The notes beneath the pieces were generated by a model. The model saw only the letters and a list, made by a program, of their open reading frames with translations, ran no database searches and was not told where the DNA came from. The translations under genes were made by a program, and so were the position numbers. From Mobula hypostoma (Eukaryota): a stretch of DNA of 64,000 nt. Shown here in pieces: positions 61,117-64,000 of the stretch. The stretch is taken from positions 183,522,001 through 183,586,000 of the forward strand of contig NC_086097.1 of NCBI RefSeq assembly GCF_963921235.1. The letters are read 5' to 3'. Numbering within the stretch: position 1 is the stretch's first letter; the number at the start of each line of letters is the position of its first letter.

Positions 61117-63827
61117 CTAGAAAACCATAGAAAAACTACAGCCCAGAAACAGGCCTTTTGGCCCTTCTTGGCTGTGCCGAACCATTTTCTGCCTAGTCCC
61201 ACTGACCTGCACACGGACCATATCCCTCCATACACCTCCCATCCATGTATATGTCCAATTTATTCTTAAATGTTAAAAAAAGAACCGCATTTACCACCTC
61301 ATCTGGCAATTCATTCCACACTCCCACCACTCTCTGTGTGAAGAAGCCCCCCCCTAATATTCCCTTTAAACTTTTCCCCCTTCACCCTTAAACCATGTCC
61401 TCTGGTTTTTTTCTCCCTTTGCCTCAGTGGAAAAAGCCTGCTTGCATTCACTCTATCTATACCCATCATAATTTTATATACCTCTATCAAATCTCCCCTC
61501 ATTCTTCTACGCTCCAGGGAATAAAGTCCTCACCCATTCAACCTTTCTCTGTAACTGAGTTTCTCAAGTCCCGGCAACATCCTTGTAAACCTTCTCTGCA
61601 CTCTTTCAACCTTATTTATATCCTTCCTGTCATTTGGTGACCAAAACTGAACACAATACTCCAGATTGGGCCTCACCAATGCCTTATACAACCTCATCAT
61701 AACATTCCAGCTCTTATACACAATACTTCGATTAATAAAGGCCAATGTACCAAAAGCTCTCTTTACGACCCTATCTACCTGTGACGCCACTTTTAGGGAA
61801 TTTTGTATCTGTATTCCCAGATCCCTCTGTTCTACTGCACTCCTCAGTGCCTTACCATTTACCCTGTATGTTCTACCTTGGTTTGTCTTTCCAAAGTGCA
61901 TTACCTTACACTTGTCTGTATTAAACTCCACTTGCCATTTTTCAGCCCATTTTTCCAGCTGGTCCACATCCCTCTGCAAACTTTGAAAACCTTCCTCACT
62001 GTCCACTACACCTCCAATCTTCATATCATCAGCATCTTGGAGGAGAAGATGGCAGCGTGCCGCGTGTGCGCAGCTCTCCGGTGAAAAATGATGTCGTATC
62101 TGTTAAATAGGGGCTGTGGACAATTCTGATTTGATGGAGAATGGTATGAAATCACAGAGGACCATCTGGAGAAATTTCTGAAACACCCATCCGCTGCTGT
62201 CGTTGCTGTGTGGTTGGGAATCTTTCGGAGGGTAGGCCTCAAAATCCCCGGCCTTGCCTGCTTTTGGCGACCTAGAAAGAGGTCGAATCACTCGGACAGA
62301 GATGGCGCTCAGTACTCAGTGTCGGAGAGCTGATCAGAGCTCGAAGTTTTCGGATGACTCAGAGTGGAATTGTGGTCGGCATGGCAGGGAGAGTTTTTCT
62401 TCCCTCACCCGACTGCGTGAGATGTGAGACATTTGAGAAACTTTGAACTAAAGTCCATGTGCTCATGGACTTTCTTCATCAAGTTATGGTATTGTGCACT
62501 GTTGTAACTATATGTATAATTATGTGGTTTTGTCAGTTTTTTAAGTCTTGGTTTGTCCTGTGTTTTGTGATATCACACCCGAGGAAATAATGTATAATTT
62601 CTTAATGCATGCATTACTAAATGACAATAAAAGGGGACTATGTGTCTTCATAATCATAATTTGCTGATCCAATTGACCACATTATCATCCAGATCATTAA
62701 TATATGTTTGTAGATGACAAATAACGATGGACCCAGCACTGATCCCTGTGGCACACCACTAGTCACAGGCCTCCACTCTGAGAAGCAATCCTCTACTACC
62801 ACTCTTTAGTTTCTTCCATTGAGCCAATGTCTAATCCAATTTACCACCTCTCCATGTATACCTAGCGACTGAATTTTCCTAACTAACCTCCCATGCGGGA
62901 CCTTGTCAAAGGCCTTACTAAAGTCCATGTAGACAACATCCACTGTCTTCCCTTCATCCACTTTCCTGGTAACCTCCTCGAAAAACTCCAATAGATTGGT
63001 CAAACATGACCTACCACGCACAAAGCCATGTTGACTCTCCCTAATAAGTCCCTGTCTATCCAAATGCTTGTAGACTCTGTCTCTTAGTACTCCCTCCAAT
63101 AACTTACCCACTACCGACGTCAAATTTATCGGCCTATAATTTCCCGGATTACTTTTCGATCCTTTTTTAAACAACGGAACAACATGAGCCATTCTCCAAT
63201 CCTCCGGCACCTCACCCTTAGACACCGACATTTTAAATATATCTGCCAGGGCCCCTGCAATTTGAACACTAGTCTCCTTCAAGGTCCGAGGGAATACCCT
63301 GTCAGGCCCTGGGTATTTATCCACTTTAATATGCCTCAAGATAGCAAGCACCTCCTCCTTTTCAATCTGTGCAGTTTCCATGATCTCACTACTTGTTTCC
63401 TTTAATTCCGTAGACTTCATGCCAGTTTCCTTAGTAAATACAGACGCAAAAAAACCATTTAAGATCTCCCCATTTCTTTTGGTTCCACACATAGCCGACC
63501 ACTCTGATCTTCAGGAGGACCAATTTTATCCCTTACAATCCTTTTACTCTTAATATACCTGTAAAAGCTCTTTGGATTATCCTTCACTTTGACTGCCAAG
63601 GCAACCTCATGTCTTCTTTTAGCCCTCCTGATTTCTTTCTTAAGTATTTTTTTGCACTTCTTATACTCCTCAAGCACCTGATTTACTCCCTGTTTCCTAT
63701 ACATTTCATACAACTCCCTCTTCTTCTTTATCAGAGTTGCAATTTCCCTTGAGAACCAAGGTTCCTTATTCCTATTCAATTTGCCTTTAATCCTGACAGG
63801 AACATACAAGCTCTGCACTCTCAAACT
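61117..63827 (-). mobile_element. Young CR1, 5'-truncated ORF2 + 3' end, split at 62035-62657
   Basis: ORFs 62806-63492 ([38 protein letters not shown]), 61530-62024, 63459-63824. Confidence 0.95.
62035..62657 (+). mobile_element. Non-coding retroposon with 5' YY1-like motif (copy 2)
   Basis: AAGATGGCAGC at 62046-62056; AATAAA and (cataat) tail; splits the CR1 at tcagca/aatttgctgat (antisense of ISKFAD). Confidence 0.8.
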
Positions 63828-64000
63828 CTTTTATAGTTTCAATGGGATAGAATCAGAATGAATGATTTTACTAGCCACAAAGTATCAGTTGGAAGTTAAA
63901 TTGCTTACAGGTTTTATTTCCTGAAGACTTGTTCTCATTTTAGTTAATCCATAATTATGCTATCCAAACACTGTTCACATTCCTAATACTGATCCCTAAC

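Noticed and set aside
1..64000. Prokaryotic systems (CRISPR array, operons, defence islands)
   Set aside because: No regularly spaced repeat-spacer array and no gene-dense ORF layout; the content is vertebrate transposon relics.

Overview
Eukaryotic, vertebrate DNA. The repeat set (CR1, Rex1/Babar, Penelope, V-SINE-type SINEs, Tc1, Tigger, Harbinger, Gypsy, L1) looks like a cartilaginous fish, probably a ray; this assignment is an inference. By eye roughly two thirds of the window is transposon-derived, often in nests 3-4 levels deep with readable target-site duplications (TSDs). I recognise no known host protein-coding gene, rRNA, real tRNA, CRISPR array or prokaryotic system. Most ORFs in the track are retroelement fragments or their antisense shadows. 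Highlights: (1) minimal type-I hammerhead ribozyme motifs (CUGANGA...GAAA-CG-UC) in Penelope-like elements, with two core-intact copies 447 nt apart on the same strand; (2) a 262-bp spacer-less Penelope palindrome whose axis falls in the hammerhead core; (3) a young 5'-truncated L1 with an unbroken ORF2 C-terminal half and a 13-bp TSD; (4) a non-coding retroposon family that starts with a YY1 motif; (5) a chain of candidate minus-strand exons in the repeat-poor 8-15.6 kb zone, of unknown identity. Repeat boundaries without a TSD are approximate.
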